Shown here: piece by piece, positions 20,201 to 28,938 of the stretch | Numbering within the stretch: position 1 is the stretch's first letter | Layout of the letters: every line of letters begins with the position of its first letter | DNA from: a virus | Virus record (IMG/VR): IMGVR_UViG_3300043772_001004 | Location: 1 to 64,000 of that record | Reading direction: 5' to 3' (one strand) | DNA length: 64,000 nucleotides | Made by a program: the position numbers and the translations under genes | Notes under the pieces: generated by a model | What the model was told of the DNA's origin: nothing | Seen by the model: the letters and a program-made list of their open reading frames with translations, nothing else | Database searches by the model: none

Positions 20201-21691
20201 ATCTTCATCAGTAGTTTCTTTAACAGTTATACCATCTGGATTTGTATCTTCACCTTTAGTTGGTTTGTTATTAATAAAGTTTTCAAAAAATACTCTTCTT
20301 TGAAATGGTGTTAACTCACGACCATTTAATTTAGCTGTAGTAGTTAGTATATCTGCAATATGTCCAGCTAATTGATCAGATATATTATCTCTTTGTAAAA
20401 CCAATGTTTGATCTATTGTTACACCAGGTCTATTACTTGAAAGTTTAATAGAATATCTACCACTCTGCAATAATTGCAACTGTATGTCATCTATATTTAA
20501 ATCTGTTTTACTAATTGGTATTGGCTTAACATCTTCATTTACTAGTCCAAATGACCCACCATTTATTGTAAGATACACTGGCTCATCTGATGACTCAACA
20601 CTTTCTCTTAACTTAAGTAGCTTATTGAATAGAGTAGTTTGTTTTAGTTTTATTTCTAAAGTTTCTACTGCAATAAGTTCTGGAGTTATTTTTTTAATAA
20701 TTCCTGCTTCTTTTCTTTGTTTAAGTGCTGTTTCAGCTGCTTCTTGTGCAGGAACCAAAGAAGTTTTTTTACCGTAGGCTCCTTGTAAATATAATTTACC
20801 ATCCTCTACTACAGGTTTTCTAAGCCATTGATATACTCTTCTTCCACCACCTTGTCTATTGATTGTACCATCTTCATTAAAGTATACCTCATTACCTTCT
20901 GTATCTGAAATAACAGCAACTACACCAGCAACATTTGGATTTTTACTTTGATACTCCATGTCTGATTGTGTAAACATCTGTGGATCAGCATTTTTAACCT
21001 GCATCACTTTAAGTACTAATGAAACAGGATTGTCTTCTCCATATAGTATCTCATCACTATTCTCTGGCGTTTGTCTTGCCATGTATACTATATCTCTAAT
21101 TACTTCACCAAACATTTTCTTTTCTGGATCCTTTTCATTTTTTGGTTTATTTGAATTAGGATCCACTCTATATGCACCTTGTCCGGTAGTTCCATTTGGA
21201 TAAACAACTTTTGCACTGTACTCTGCAGCACTCCATCCAGAATGGTTGTAAGGTTTTGTGTCATCTATTTCTTCTGATGATTCACTTTCTAAAGCTTTAT
21301 TAACTTCTTTTGTTGCTGCTTTTTTTGTTTTAATAGTTGGTTTAACAAGAACTTCAACCTTTTTAATGTCAGCAAATTCATTAGCAAGCGTTGGAATATC
21401 AATGAATAACTGTGTATTTGTTTTAAGAATATAGTCTCTAGCTTTTGGTCTTGCAGCAACTAACGCAAAGATTTGAGGAATAGCTTGAGCAAAATACAGT
21501 GCTTTCTCTTTTTTATCTTCTTCTGACTCAAATCCTTCATTAGGCATATTATTTAGTTCTTTATAGAACTGTTTCATAATTGCTTTTATGTCAATAGGAT
21601 TTTTATTTTTACCAGATATTCTATCTGCTATTTCACCATATACATAAGCATATACAAATTCTACTGCAGGTCCATTTAATTCACAAGCCAT
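11249..21691 (-). CDS. Virion-packaged DNA-dependent RNA polymerase of crAss-like phages (3480 aa) with accessory domains
   Basis: Catalytic GADFDIDKL (nt ~14368-14392) preceded by RIPVQGLNS; ADGQGY motif; IYHEAWH zincin motif; size and position match crAss-like vRNAP. Confidence 0.9.
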   Translation of the reverse strand: MACELNGPAVEFVYAYVYGEIADRISGKNKNPIDIKAIMKQFYKELNNMPNEGFESEEDKKEKALYFAQAIPQIFALVAARPKARDYILKTNTQLFIDIPTLANEFADIKKVEVLVKPTIKTKKAATKEVNKALESESSEEIDDTKPYNHSGWSAAEYSAKVVYPNGTTGQGAYRVDPNSNKPKNEKDPEKKMFGEVIRDIVYMARQTPENSDEILYGEDNPVSLVLKVMQVKNADPQMFTQSDMEYQSKNPNVAGVVAVISDTEGNEVYFNEDGTINRQGGGRRVYQWLRKPVVEDGKLYLQGAYGKKTSLVPAQEAAETALKQRKEAGIIKKITPELIAVETLEIKLKQTTLFNKLLKLRESVESSDEPVYLTINGGSFGLVNEDVKPIPISKTDLNIDDIQLQLLQSGRYSIKLSSNRPGVTIDQTLVLQRDNISDQLAGHIADILTTTAKLNGRELTPFQRRVFFENFINNKPTKGEDTNPDGITVKETTDEDGQAILEIKIKGEDPIEQDVLYTPETRELIYKHLLEARTNWEIYAKQKGPKKVYSASLNLVDKLMGKEFTDYIINEKGKLEEVQEDYLDFIKDSVLIEYPEETSKYFSGLNAYLTFNIPDILVPGQKLYEVGPPKEVNPDNKKTKKSAPSEPKAQVKNFNNYQVAKDAFNDGKGTWGMRPARGLTPMVPFQEHFGNPWSTQKDNLNKGVKVVDDIETAVQNYEDWLTGKKHKNVEQKRRKWILDSIQKGWLDDVTFIYYKKSGEKYRSHVDVLADLINRRNKVEDADIVITEVVPETKPQKATKQDIIAAQNTISNILRKPGKSSYLSRKQELNTFLDKFFTTKKTKDKALDWWNNSFLSQVKIDNETQIKLLMRLTELANSDAVATFENASITLWKGGTNVDIYHEAWHAFSQLFLTLEEKEALYAEAQKVNKWKDADAFDIEEDIAEDFRSYMKSEKFKESLPTFLAKLFERIASFLRWAYGGITRKDMTRPRDIPRVREMFDVLRTNKPEQAIKKGLFQSLNASTQNVRFTKLNRGDRNIQAIKANKNVVTFTADESLTIKNTIDALAAAEFQNFNVQANTTTGFLKTTKNLKNRAALYENIYDKFLELQEYYVDEYKQVALKNLESETVNIDLAAQEAKLKNIIDLVSKIITNYGDIKLSIEGKQQTGVVAYHLKKSRFTALKESYNEIEDTTSIEASKQFKDASGNTFSSKELASEETLMLLSGIFRVQKNVKGEVVKDEEGNIQYEKDFFGIPKLESVDIMWKRLAKILEGSYDIYEMYQRLADNVENFPEFQQLMQLLPQTVHVDVEGGGYKSPIEYRVETNFWQDLKKPRIRYVQLNIDKEGDKKFKTKLSKASMDVYAVTGEWETNFIMADPSINKYVEKEVGSNNNLLKLNKIVERFSKRTVMTARDSVEFLKALGIELDLSSPAIYNIVYNKSLNFSTEFGLDIMLDALKVVNQSNDEFLKDEFRRNPLKYLAEGINIKLRKDKEQGYDVQNRIRILAEIQNEFSDGFSNFSVLNAERNRVWEHFVDNTITRVITAINKAETYQELTTSPLFKQMHWLAKENNTQVGFSQLLNSVFYMKRNPKKPEQYGKKRKNAKLLLQNITGTQFISKEQDDTTGSNTASMDGVGKFLQEFHTMLLNGVEEFMRHASKNMAMGLTVDKKTSIITYPGKAKESKNLYIDINAFAQGGVGELEGAKIMMGYLSGESLRIFRFKNDIEKFKRYTGYNNEVTDKLGRKVFAGEAFTLFDDILTKDTQEKLYDIIQDAVDNKQADFDMMEILNDNVTLRDEVERDIIKYFNLMTQENYERLEENEYVDASLAAEFAKKGEDVNEILTKAYTYNSFIHKYETVILAYGDLAQYNHKKEEFHKRNAGLGSGGLGFRADALAMQFVNNMLPKRYIDYLNNTRTKDKIKYRQYDGTLKTAIMKELKKDSKYYPEYLKELTKTYTERYGDAVKAKALAEKVLKEYKQMKVADGQGYITFEAYRNLKWLEGKWSDEQEDLYKKVSRGENITLEDAIQFFPPYKLQYFGNIQSTGLPVTSFHKFSLAPLVPGVAKEGSELYDLHMKMMEQQVDYVTFETGSKIGHIGTGDEVFNEDGSFNQNVKFTENTIFAEFLKNQTEINSSFKEVTIFSTQIRKMILEGLYENGEIISKDKEVIRRVNDYIKNVEFLTNLHKLQLLNQLGYEEVDGEYLPTANASMEKLTSVIRANLEKDDILSDDLIDFIDVYESDNSLVNDLSFHPESAKIEKLLLSIINKKVIKQKVKGEALVQMSSGFFNQYADISKTLSTKTKAERDAVIKKYVGTNFLPTFHKKANGYTAAMKVMIAIQGDYYKLFSLDYGNGETIGVYLSDGVLDMDNSLMRLNEKIKDEAWLNANNEANRRAITLVGVRIPVQGLNSAEFAEVYHFLPPQAGNIIIPPAEIVAKSGADFDIDKLTTFMTNLNSDGTVKKAQFNSYNEFKAEYNRLKAAGLSTGEIEMLFEEQKAGVENDLIYNMKEILELPDNYVSLITPNSNYILEPIAAELSQYVMKYNPYANKMTDPNIDPDNATKKIISPTRVLESLYNVYKHESNIVGKRTLGLGAIENTFNVIFNSLGAYMPNKYMHIVGKNIEERDAHLWLRHHKLNVDGEDFISMSNMFDVENEYKVADILAQLINGWVDVEKDPWIFFIQGNYETAPTLMYLLKTGVPVKEAIYFVSNPLVREYIKQKTLANSTYAEVLNNKPDNPAIVAKQAASRVIEKYFNTRELSSSAKSKNIYEKGVELAEKYLEGRKDKSFTEREMLTLIENFSKNEGKLSANEADLAKAMFLHYIEIEEQITGLTSLKLSSNPDTSTKTTGSEIELSESAIEELANETKISKDLLKGMLNDSVISSFFNGPLSLAVIRPLFKFRYNKVISDYIIQNSQVFRKVSRKLLGEGKIDLFMTMFRNDLINMIFQNAIRKYKLTDSYMSYTIKKQIPTALASDIKSRGAFVKANKDGTKFLYIDEASLKEEFDSEAWARGSEEVNSYENRNMYSLDPRTFMENGKLNFELYMRFVAEREFLRSEYPINEMVNKSWFRKEGLDLYEANPDVDGGILGRFIYERYITNKALDNVYNFYHLFIDKDNALASRYVKFLIEHKDSLLNSYEILNVLKQDSDKTKSIFNIYLADKDMNTSKANVYTSNLKNLSDRSVLKVVDKDENDRISDMFALMSNFAFLQTGLNKTKLSFTNVVDFTNFLDVMKNESDQFIDLLNASGDVILDKFFEKFTQVNSRRNINKGRYKDYLMDFDTNLGIDVTDQMEDEEKSPYDLIETNRTNVFQYQDELGNKEFYEKLVNQNDNVVFIKNNVNETYNKKKKNFGGQQELEKYAGNMTMNITTSLTKLGDNFQNLPKEAYKDVLRLWEEEIAHIKSINDGESKFTPIAFPNTGFGDSALMPQELFVYLSTRLFDEFGYINPGSAMYNEMQKRTEIAEGLTDQEILDQLGLEEDPFKCE

Positions 21692-21692
21692 C

Positions 21693-24600
21693 TTAACACT
21701 TATTAAAAATATTTTTTACATTTTCCATTCTTTCTTCAGGTGTCAAGTTTTCACTTTCAACCTCAATTTTTTCTAAAGCATCAGGATCTTTAGATAAATT
21801 AGTTATGTTAGCTTCTGTACCTTTCACATTCTCCTTTGTTTGTGGAGTAACTGTCATTTCTTCAACAGGTTTAGTTTCATCACTTGGTCTCATAAAATTT
21901 TCTTTTACTTCTTGTTCAGTAAAGTTATAACTTTTCTTCCTTATAGGACTAAATAGTTGTACGGTTCTTGCTTCTAAATCTACACTTTGAACAATAAATG
22001 TTTGGTTTATTTTTTTAAATGCTCCAACTGGTTCTGAATTAAGTAGTATTTCACCTTCTGCTAGATTTTCTAATACTGCATTATTCTCAACATTCTGCAA
22101 TCTTTCATTGTAAACTTCATCTACAATTTCAGAGTATGGACCTTCTTTTGTTTGTCCAAAAACAAACTTTAGTACAGCATTAGTAAAAGTCATTTCTAAA
22201 TCATCTGTTGACTCATCAAAGAAATCTTCTACTTCAGCTCTAATCTCATCTCTTTCACTATCTTCAGTAGGTTGAGTAGATGTAGAACCTAAGCTTATGC
22301 CTTGGATCCTTTGTCTTGCGTCTTGGATGCTCTTCTCAAGATCTTCTCTTGATATTGTTTGTCTAGAAACTCCCTCTGTTGTTGCTCCGGCAGGCTTCTG
22401 AACAGAAGGTACATTTGTGCCCTGCTGTACTTTTGTTCTGGCTTCAAACTCTTTTCTTGAGGTTTTTGTGATTTTTCCATTTTTGAAAAATTTAATTGCT
22501 GTTAAATTATTAAGTATTTCATTTACTGCTGCTATTGTATTATCTACAGGAACAGTAGATCTTTCTTCGTTGGCTAATCTATTTTGATATTCTTCTAATT
22601 TAATAATTAATTCAACACCCCACTCTTCAATTTCTTTTTGTTTGGTAGGAGTGAGATTATCAATTTTTCCATCAAATAAATCTTCAATATCTTTTGTAGT
22701 GCCATGCTCAGATAGAATTTTATCTATCTCTTTTGTAACTGACTCTGACTCAGACAGTTGTGCAATTAAATTAACTTGGTCTTCTCTATCTGTAGGTAGA
22801 CTAGCAGGAACTTGTTTTTGAAATCTGTTAGGTAGTCTGTTTAATGCAAAGATTAAATCATCAGCATTCCCACCTCTTCTTGTACGTTTTTGATTTTTAT
22901 TAACTAGATCAGTCTTTAAACTGTTTAACCTATTTAATTCAAATGTTTTTTTACGGATCTCACGCTCAATGTTTTTATTAGCACCTTCTTTCTTTTGTTT
23001 TTGTAAATCAGATATCTCTTTATTGATTTTATTAATCTTCTCTTGTGTTTCATCTATCTCCTTATCATTTGTATAATAAGATAATGAAACTATAGCACCT
23101 GCACTATCTCTATTTATAGTATACTTGATTCCATTAATCTCTGCTGTTCTCTCATTTTTATCTAAGAATCTAGCATTAATGGTGGTTGAGTTAATTTGGG
23201 TAACTTGACCTAATGTTTCTACCTGAGCAATAGGAGATAGTCCAACAGAAACAATATTTACATTACCATCCTTAATATTTTTACCTGAAACATTTATATC
23301 AAGTAGTGATAGTACACCATCTTCTTCTATTTCTACAGAGAAGCCACCATCTAAATTAGTTACAAGTGTACCAATCTTTCCTTGATACATTACCTTTTGA
23401 TTTAAAAACTCATTAAGGGTTTGTTTTTTAGGATCACTTACTTGAATTGCATCCTCTGGTACTTGTTCTTCTTCAGATTCAGCTTCTGGTAAAGCTTCAA
23501 TAGTTTCTGGACCTGTTCTTTGAAAACCAAATTTCTCCATGGTAGCATCATCAAGTGGTTCTAAAATAATAAACATACCATTTTCACTAAGCTTATTATT
23601 TTTAGAAAGATCAGCTGTTGGACGCTTAAGTTTTTTAATATAACCATCCATGGTTACTTCCATCTCAATTGGAAATAAAAGAATTGATGAATCTAGACCA
23701 CTCATGTTGTATATACTATTGCGGTATACACTTAGCTGAGCTCTAAAGTAAGTCTTTTTATTTCCTTTATTTTTAACCTTGTTACCTTCTTTATCAGTTA
23801 GTTCCTTCCCATCTTTTTTTAATGCATATGGTGCACCTAAATTTCTCCAGGTTTTTTCCTGTGCTGCTTTAAGATCCACAATAGCAAGATTACCTTCTGC
23901 ATCTATTAAAAGAAGATCTAGTTCTCCAGTAACACCTCTACCATCTCTTGCGTTTCTATCAAAAACTTTTACATTACCAGAAAATAATTGGAATCCTCCA
24001 TCTATCATGTTTCTTCTAAACCTAGTGGCTTGACCTGTAACAGGATTAAATAGAAAATCATAAGCTTCTTTAGACATTATATCAGAGATCTTAGTGTTTA
24101 CACCTCTTATACTGATTGTTGAATCATATGGTATTTGCATAAAGCCACCTGCAGGATTCAGTGTTAGAAACTCTCTAACTAATGCATCAATGTTAGTACC
24201 GGCAAAACTAGTTTCTTCAAATGCATATTTACTAATTTGTCTTTCTAAGTTTTCTATACTTTGATCAGTCATTAGGCTTTCCTTAATACCTGCAATTTTC
24301 TTATCAGATTTAAACTGAGGATAGCTTGTTCTAATATTAGTTAAGAATGCATCTATTCTTTCTTCAAGTGAACCTATTGGATTATCAAGTACTACTTCTC
24401 TAAATAAGTTTTGAATACTGTTATCCTCAAGCTTATTAAATATGAATGGTGGTTTTTCTTCAATTTCTTGTTCAATTTGTGAAGCAACTTCTGTAGCTCT
24501 TTCAGGTCTAGGATCTGTAGGTTTTGCATCTTTAAATCTTCTAGATTCAAACCCTTCCTCATCCACAACAACTTCTAGTTCATTCTGTCTATTGAATATT

Positions 24601-27600
24601 GTTTTTTCCAATCTTTCAATTACTTCTTGAGCTATTGGTTTTAGCTTATATGTTTTCTCTTTGTTTTCTATATAGGAAGCAATGGATTTCATATCTTCCT
24701 TGATATTTTTTATATCTTCAGGTGTAAGAGCTATTGTTTTACCTGAATCAGTTGTTAGCTGTTTAGTTTTTACAGCTTTTTCATATAATAAATATAGATC
24801 TGTTAAATTTTTTAAAGGTGTAGAAGGTTCAATAACCTCATTGCCATAAAGTAAAGTTGGTGGTGTAACACCTGTTGTAGAATTCTTTATAGCTTGTTCC
24901 TTAATCTTATTATTGTAGTTACTAATAATTTCTGAAGCCTCATCTTGATCTTCTTGCCATCTTTGTTTTAATGAGTTGTATTTGTCTGGATCATTTTGTT
25001 TTATAGAAAGATCTTCTTTTAATCTATCAACTAAGAAAACATCAAAAGCATCTGTTAGCTGATCCCGCAACTCTTCTGGAAGTTCTTCAAATGAATCATC
25101 AACAGAGTATGTCTTAACATCAGTTGGATTACCTCCAGCTTCTAAGAAATCTAATTTAGCTTCTTTTACTAACTCTTCAAATTCTGCATTAATTTCTCTT
25201 AACTCTTGTTGGTACTTTGTCCATTCTTCTGTTTGTTCAACATCTACAAAATCAGATGGAGTATAGTTATTAATAAAATCTTGTTGCTCTTTAATTAAAT
25301 CAAGTAGTAAAGGTTTTATAGCCAAATAGAATCCTGCATTTTCAACAGCTGTATTGACATCAGTAACTTCTGCATCTATCTCTAAGATTTTATCACGCAA
25401 TTCTGCAATGTCAGCATCATTTTTTGGATCATCAAGAATAATATTTGTAGCTTCTATAAGTTGCTCATTGGTCATCTCTTCTCTAAGGATAAGATCTGAT
25501 GCAATTCTTTGTATATTATTTAAAGATTCTAACCTTTCTAAAATAGCTTCATACTCTGCCAATCTAGCTTGATATACATTTAAATCTTCTCCAGAAGCTT
25601 CTGATGCTTCTTTAGCTAACTTTCTTAATTCAGCTTCTGTAGTATCATATTTACTTTTTAATGCTTCATCAAACTTTTGTCTTGCCTGATCTATTTTTCT
25701 ATCTCTGTCTTCTGTAATATCATCTATTATTCCTTTTAACTTTTCAGAATCTGTTTCAGGTTCTCCAGCTGGTTTTACAGCTTCTAGTTCTGCAGCCTTT
25801 TCAAATAATTTATAATAGTCATCATAAAGCAAACTGCCTTTATTTATAATAGAGTTATTTTTTACATCAATAAAATATTCTGGTTCATACATTGGATCTT
25901 CTGTCCACTTAGCAAACTCTTCTAAGTCAACAAAAATTCCTTGATCTGCAAGTTCATTTATTAATGCATTTCTTTCAATATTTGTAATCTCAGAATTTAC
26001 AATGTCTTTAATAATATTTTTTCTATTGTAATACAAATTTCTCATCCACTGAAAATTTCTAAGTAGATGATCATGAAAATCATTTGGATTAGATAAGATA
26101 TTAATTAAAGGTACAATTTGGTTTTTCTCATGCTTAAGTATATGTGTATCAAGAAGATCATCAAAAAGACCATCCATACCTTTGTCCATAGCATCTATCT
26201 GACGTTGTACCTCTACTTTTTCATCATTATCTTTAGATAATCCTAAAAGTAAATTTTTAAATGCGTCTTTGTATTCTATAAACTCATTAGATTTACCTTG
26301 ATCATACTGCTCTATTAACTTATCAAAGGTCTGTAAACTTAATTGTTCTTTTGTAAGACCAGGATTTGCTTTTAGAATAGCCTCAGATAAAGAAGATAAT
26401 TTTGTCTTTGTAATAAACGCATTTAAAATTGCATCTTGCTTCTCTTTAAAATTAGAATACAATGCTAATTGCTCTTTCTTTTTATTTATTTCAGCTGCAG
26501 CAGTAGGTACATTAGTTTGTTCTAATGTCTCTATCTCTGTTTTCATCATTTCTATTTCTTTCTGTAGTCTTCCCGGATCAGTGAGTCCAGCAAATTCAGC
26601 AAAGTTAGAGTTCTTGATTGATGAAATAGATGCAAGTTTTTTATAGAGTTTATCTAATCTTCCTGCAGCATCATCATAGGCTCCTTGTAAGAAAACAAAA
26701 TTAAATAGTGATTGCATGTAAGCACTATTATAAATCTTAGCCATCTTATATTTATAACTATCTTTCTCATAGTCATCTAGATTAGCTAAAAATTTCATCT
26801 TTTCTTTTGCCTGATTATATCTGTATGATATCTTCTTAGCACTTTCTATAGATTCATTAAAGTTTTCTATTGCTTGTGCCCCTTGACCAGGTTGTAAATC
26901 CCATGCTTCTTCAATGTCTTGAGGTGTTGCTTGTTTATATTTCTCATAGTGATTTATAAACATATCAAAAGTTCCTCTTTGCAAAGAACTAATTACAGCA
27001 GTTTGAAATGCAGTAAACCTATCATCTTTAATTTCCTTAGTACTTTTCTCATCTGGATTAGAAACAGTATTGTATAGTAAAGACTGTGTAGCATAGTTTG
27101 TCATTCTTGGATCAAAGAATAAATCACTATTCTTCCACATGGTATTCATGTGCTCTACAACAGATTCTGCTTCAGCCTCTCTTTCTTCTATGTATGTTTT
27201 ATACTTCTCACTTTTATTAAAGTAATCATTATAGCCCATTGTCATAAAGCTTTTAACTTTACTTGGTGCTTGAAGAATACTTCCCATTAAGAAACCAGAA
27301 AGAAATGTTTCTGCTCCTTGACCACTAAACTGTTTATTTATAGCATCACTTATCAAACCTGTTGCATACATAAAGTTCTTTGCAGCAGGATTTTTATAAG
27401 TGTCTACATAATAGTTTTGTGTAGCTTCTTGTAAAACATCTTGTAATGATTCTTGTACACCTTCTACTACATTAGCTTTAAAGTAATTCAAACCTAGTTT
27501 ACCATATGAAGCTGGTCTACCTAAAGATTTTATTGCATTTACTATACCAATCTTTTCTTTTGAAAATGTTGATTTAGCAATATTTTTTCCAGGTTGGAAT

Positions 27601-28934
27601 ACCAATTGGTACTCTTTATTTAAATCTCCAAGGACTGTTCCAAATCCAAATTTAGGAGCACCCTTTATAAAACTAGCATTTGTTAGTGATGGGAATACAA
27701 GTTTATTACTATAAAATATTAATGCAGTATTGTTTAGCGTATTCCAAAAAGAACCTTTTGCAGCTTCTTTCATCATATTCTCTTGCTCATATAATGATGG
27801 TGCTCTACCTTCATTCTCAGGATCTTGCATAAAGTTGTTGTACAATTTATCATATGTCTGATACTTTGTAAAACCACCTTCTAGCTTTCCTTCTGATAAT
27901 GCTAAGTTCATTACCATCATGTCATGCCATAAAGCCCCTGCACTTTTAGATGCTCTTGCTAAGTCATTAATATTATTTATATTAACGTCCATTAGAGCAG
28001 CTTTAGTATTAGCTAATGGATTAGCAAAATCTAAAAAGTTTTTACCAGCAGATTGAAATAGTTCTTTAGCTTTATATATTTGACTATAGTCTTGCATTGA
28101 CTGTGCAAGTTTAGTAACTCCTTTAGCTGATTGATACATTGACTTTGGTAAAGAAGCTAGTCTATTAAAGAATTTACCAGCACCAAATGCAGCTCCCCCA
28201 GCTATATTACCAGGTGTAGCACCTCCAGCCACACCTTCAATGAGTACAGATTCTAGAACACCTTCTAGTAAAATACCCATAGAATAAGATGCAGATGTCA
28301 ACAAGTTAACTGCAAAACCACCCAAGCCACCTTTGCTTGACTGCCCAATTGCATTGTAGTATTCATAGTCTTTTGCACTTTGTTTATCTGCATAAAATAA
28401 ACCATCCCCATCTATTACACTTTTGTAAGCATTAATAGGGTCCATAAATCCTTTAGACAACATTGGCCATGCTGCATGATTCCAAAATCTTGATAAGTCA
28501 TCACCAAAAGTTGTATTTTGATTAAACCAAGCTTCATTATTAATAAGTGGATTAAATCCTATCTTATTAAATGTCTCTTGTCCATAACCTTTATATCTAT
28601 CTCTAAATGTATTCTTTGGTGAACTATCATATCCATAAGCATAACCATAAGTATTTCTATCTTGATAGTTATTGATCTTACTCATGGTCTCATCAAACAA
28701 TGCCTTACCTGCTGCAGCTGGATCATTCAGCACATTTTGTTTAACCTGTGATGGGTAATAACTAGGAGACACACCAGTTACATTATCCTTAATGGAATAT
28801 ATAGGATTTATTACAGGATTAGGTGCATTAAAATTAAATGCAGTAGGTTCTGGTTGATTTATTTTTGCAGGATCTAAAAAATCACTTTTTGCTGCAAGTT
28901 CATCCATAGGATTATTTGGTGTATTCTCTGCCAT
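21693..28934 (-). CDS. Giant virion/ejection protein (2413 aa) with a Gly-rich hydrophobic N-terminal region, coiled coils and a PD-(D/E)xK nuclease-like domain
   Basis: GELDLLLIDAEGNLAIVDLK...QLSVY; GGLGGFAVNLL...GVAGGATPGNIAGGAAFGAG; immediately upstream of the vRNAP. Confidence 0.78.
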   Translation of the reverse strand: MAENTPNNPMDELAAKSDFLDPAKINQPEPTAFNFNAPNPVINPIYSIKDNVTGVSPSYYPSQVKQNVLNDPAAAGKALFDETMSKINNYQDRNTYGYAYGYDSSPKNTFRDRYKGYGQETFNKIGFNPLINNEAWFNQNTTFGDDLSRFWNHAAWPMLSKGFMDPINAYKSVIDGDGLFYADKQSAKDYEYYNAIGQSSKGGLGGFAVNLLTSASYSMGILLEGVLESVLIEGVAGGATPGNIAGGAAFGAGKFFNRLASLPKSMYQSAKGVTKLAQSMQDYSQIYKAKELFQSAGKNFLDFANPLANTKAALMDVNINNINDLARASKSAGALWHDMMVMNLALSEGKLEGGFTKYQTYDKLYNNFMQDPENEGRAPSLYEQENMMKEAAKGSFWNTLNNTALIFYSNKLVFPSLTNASFIKGAPKFGFGTVLGDLNKEYQLVFQPGKNIAKSTFSKEKIGIVNAIKSLGRPASYGKLGLNYFKANVVEGVQESLQDVLQEATQNYYVDTYKNPAAKNFMYATGLISDAINKQFSGQGAETFLSGFLMGSILQAPSKVKSFMTMGYNDYFNKSEKYKTYIEEREAEAESVVEHMNTMWKNSDLFFDPRMTNYATQSLLYNTVSNPDEKSTKEIKDDRFTAFQTAVISSLQRGTFDMFINHYEKYKQATPQDIEEAWDLQPGQGAQAIENFNESIESAKKISYRYNQAKEKMKFLANLDDYEKDSYKYKMAKIYNSAYMQSLFNFVFLQGAYDDAAGRLDKLYKKLASISSIKNSNFAEFAGLTDPGRLQKEIEMMKTEIETLEQTNVPTAAAEINKKKEQLALYSNFKEKQDAILNAFITKTKLSSLSEAILKANPGLTKEQLSLQTFDKLIEQYDQGKSNEFIEYKDAFKNLLLGLSKDNDEKVEVQRQIDAMDKGMDGLFDDLLDTHILKHEKNQIVPLINILSNPNDFHDHLLRNFQWMRNLYYNRKNIIKDIVNSEITNIERNALINELADQGIFVDLEEFAKWTEDPMYEPEYFIDVKNNSIINKGSLLYDDYYKLFEKAAELEAVKPAGEPETDSEKLKGIIDDITEDRDRKIDQARQKFDEALKSKYDTTEAELRKLAKEASEASGEDLNVYQARLAEYEAILERLESLNNIQRIASDLILREEMTNEQLIEATNIILDDPKNDADIAELRDKILEIDAEVTDVNTAVENAGFYLAIKPLLLDLIKEQQDFINNYTPSDFVDVEQTEEWTKYQQELREINAEFEELVKEAKLDFLEAGGNPTDVKTYSVDDSFEELPEELRDQLTDAFDVFLVDRLKEDLSIKQNDPDKYNSLKQRWQEDQDEASEIISNYNNKIKEQAIKNSTTGVTPPTLLYGNEVIEPSTPLKNLTDLYLLYEKAVKTKQLTTDSGKTIALTPEDIKNIKEDMKSIASYIENKEKTYKLKPIAQEVIERLEKTIFNRQNELEVVVDEEGFESRRFKDAKPTDPRPERATEVASQIEQEIEEKPPFIFNKLEDNSIQNLFREVVLDNPIGSLEERIDAFLTNIRTSYPQFKSDKKIAGIKESLMTDQSIENLERQISKYAFEETSFAGTNIDALVREFLTLNPAGGFMQIPYDSTISIRGVNTKISDIMSKEAYDFLFNPVTGQATRFRRNMIDGGFQLFSGNVKVFDRNARDGRGVTGELDLLLIDAEGNLAIVDLKAAQEKTWRNLGAPYALKKDGKELTDKEGNKVKNKGNKKTYFRAQLSVYRNSIYNMSGLDSSILLFPIEMEVTMDGYIKKLKRPTADLSKNNKLSENGMFIILEPLDDATMEKFGFQRTGPETIEALPEAESEEEQVPEDAIQVSDPKKQTLNEFLNQKVMYQGKIGTLVTNLDGGFSVEIEEDGVLSLLDINVSGKNIKDGNVNIVSVGLSPIAQVETLGQVTQINSTTINARFLDKNERTAEINGIKYTINRDSAGAIVSLSYYTNDKEIDETQEKINKINKEISDLQKQKKEGANKNIEREIRKKTFELNRLNSLKTDLVNKNQKRTRRGGNADDLIFALNRLPNRFQKQVPASLPTDREDQVNLIAQLSESESVTKEIDKILSEHGTTKDIEDLFDGKIDNLTPTKQKEIEEWGVELIIKLEEYQNRLANEERSTVPVDNTIAAVNEILNNLTAIKFFKNGKITKTSRKEFEARTKVQQGTNVPSVQKPAGATTEGVSRQTISREDLEKSIQDARQRIQGISLGSTSTQPTEDSERDEIRAEVEDFFDESTDDLEMTFTNAVLKFVFGQTKEGPYSEIVDEVYNERLQNVENNAVLENLAEGEILLNSEPVGAFKKINQTFIVQSVDLEARTVQLFSPIRKKSYNFTEQEVKENFMRPSDETKPVEEMTVTPQTKENVKGTEANITNLSKDPDALEKIEVESENLTPEERMENVKNIFNKC

Positions 28935-28938
28935 AGTA

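Noticed and set aside
76-21691. Introns or inteins in the DNA polymerase or RNAP
   Set aside because: Both frames are uninterrupted, and I saw no intein splice-junction or homing-endonuclease motifs
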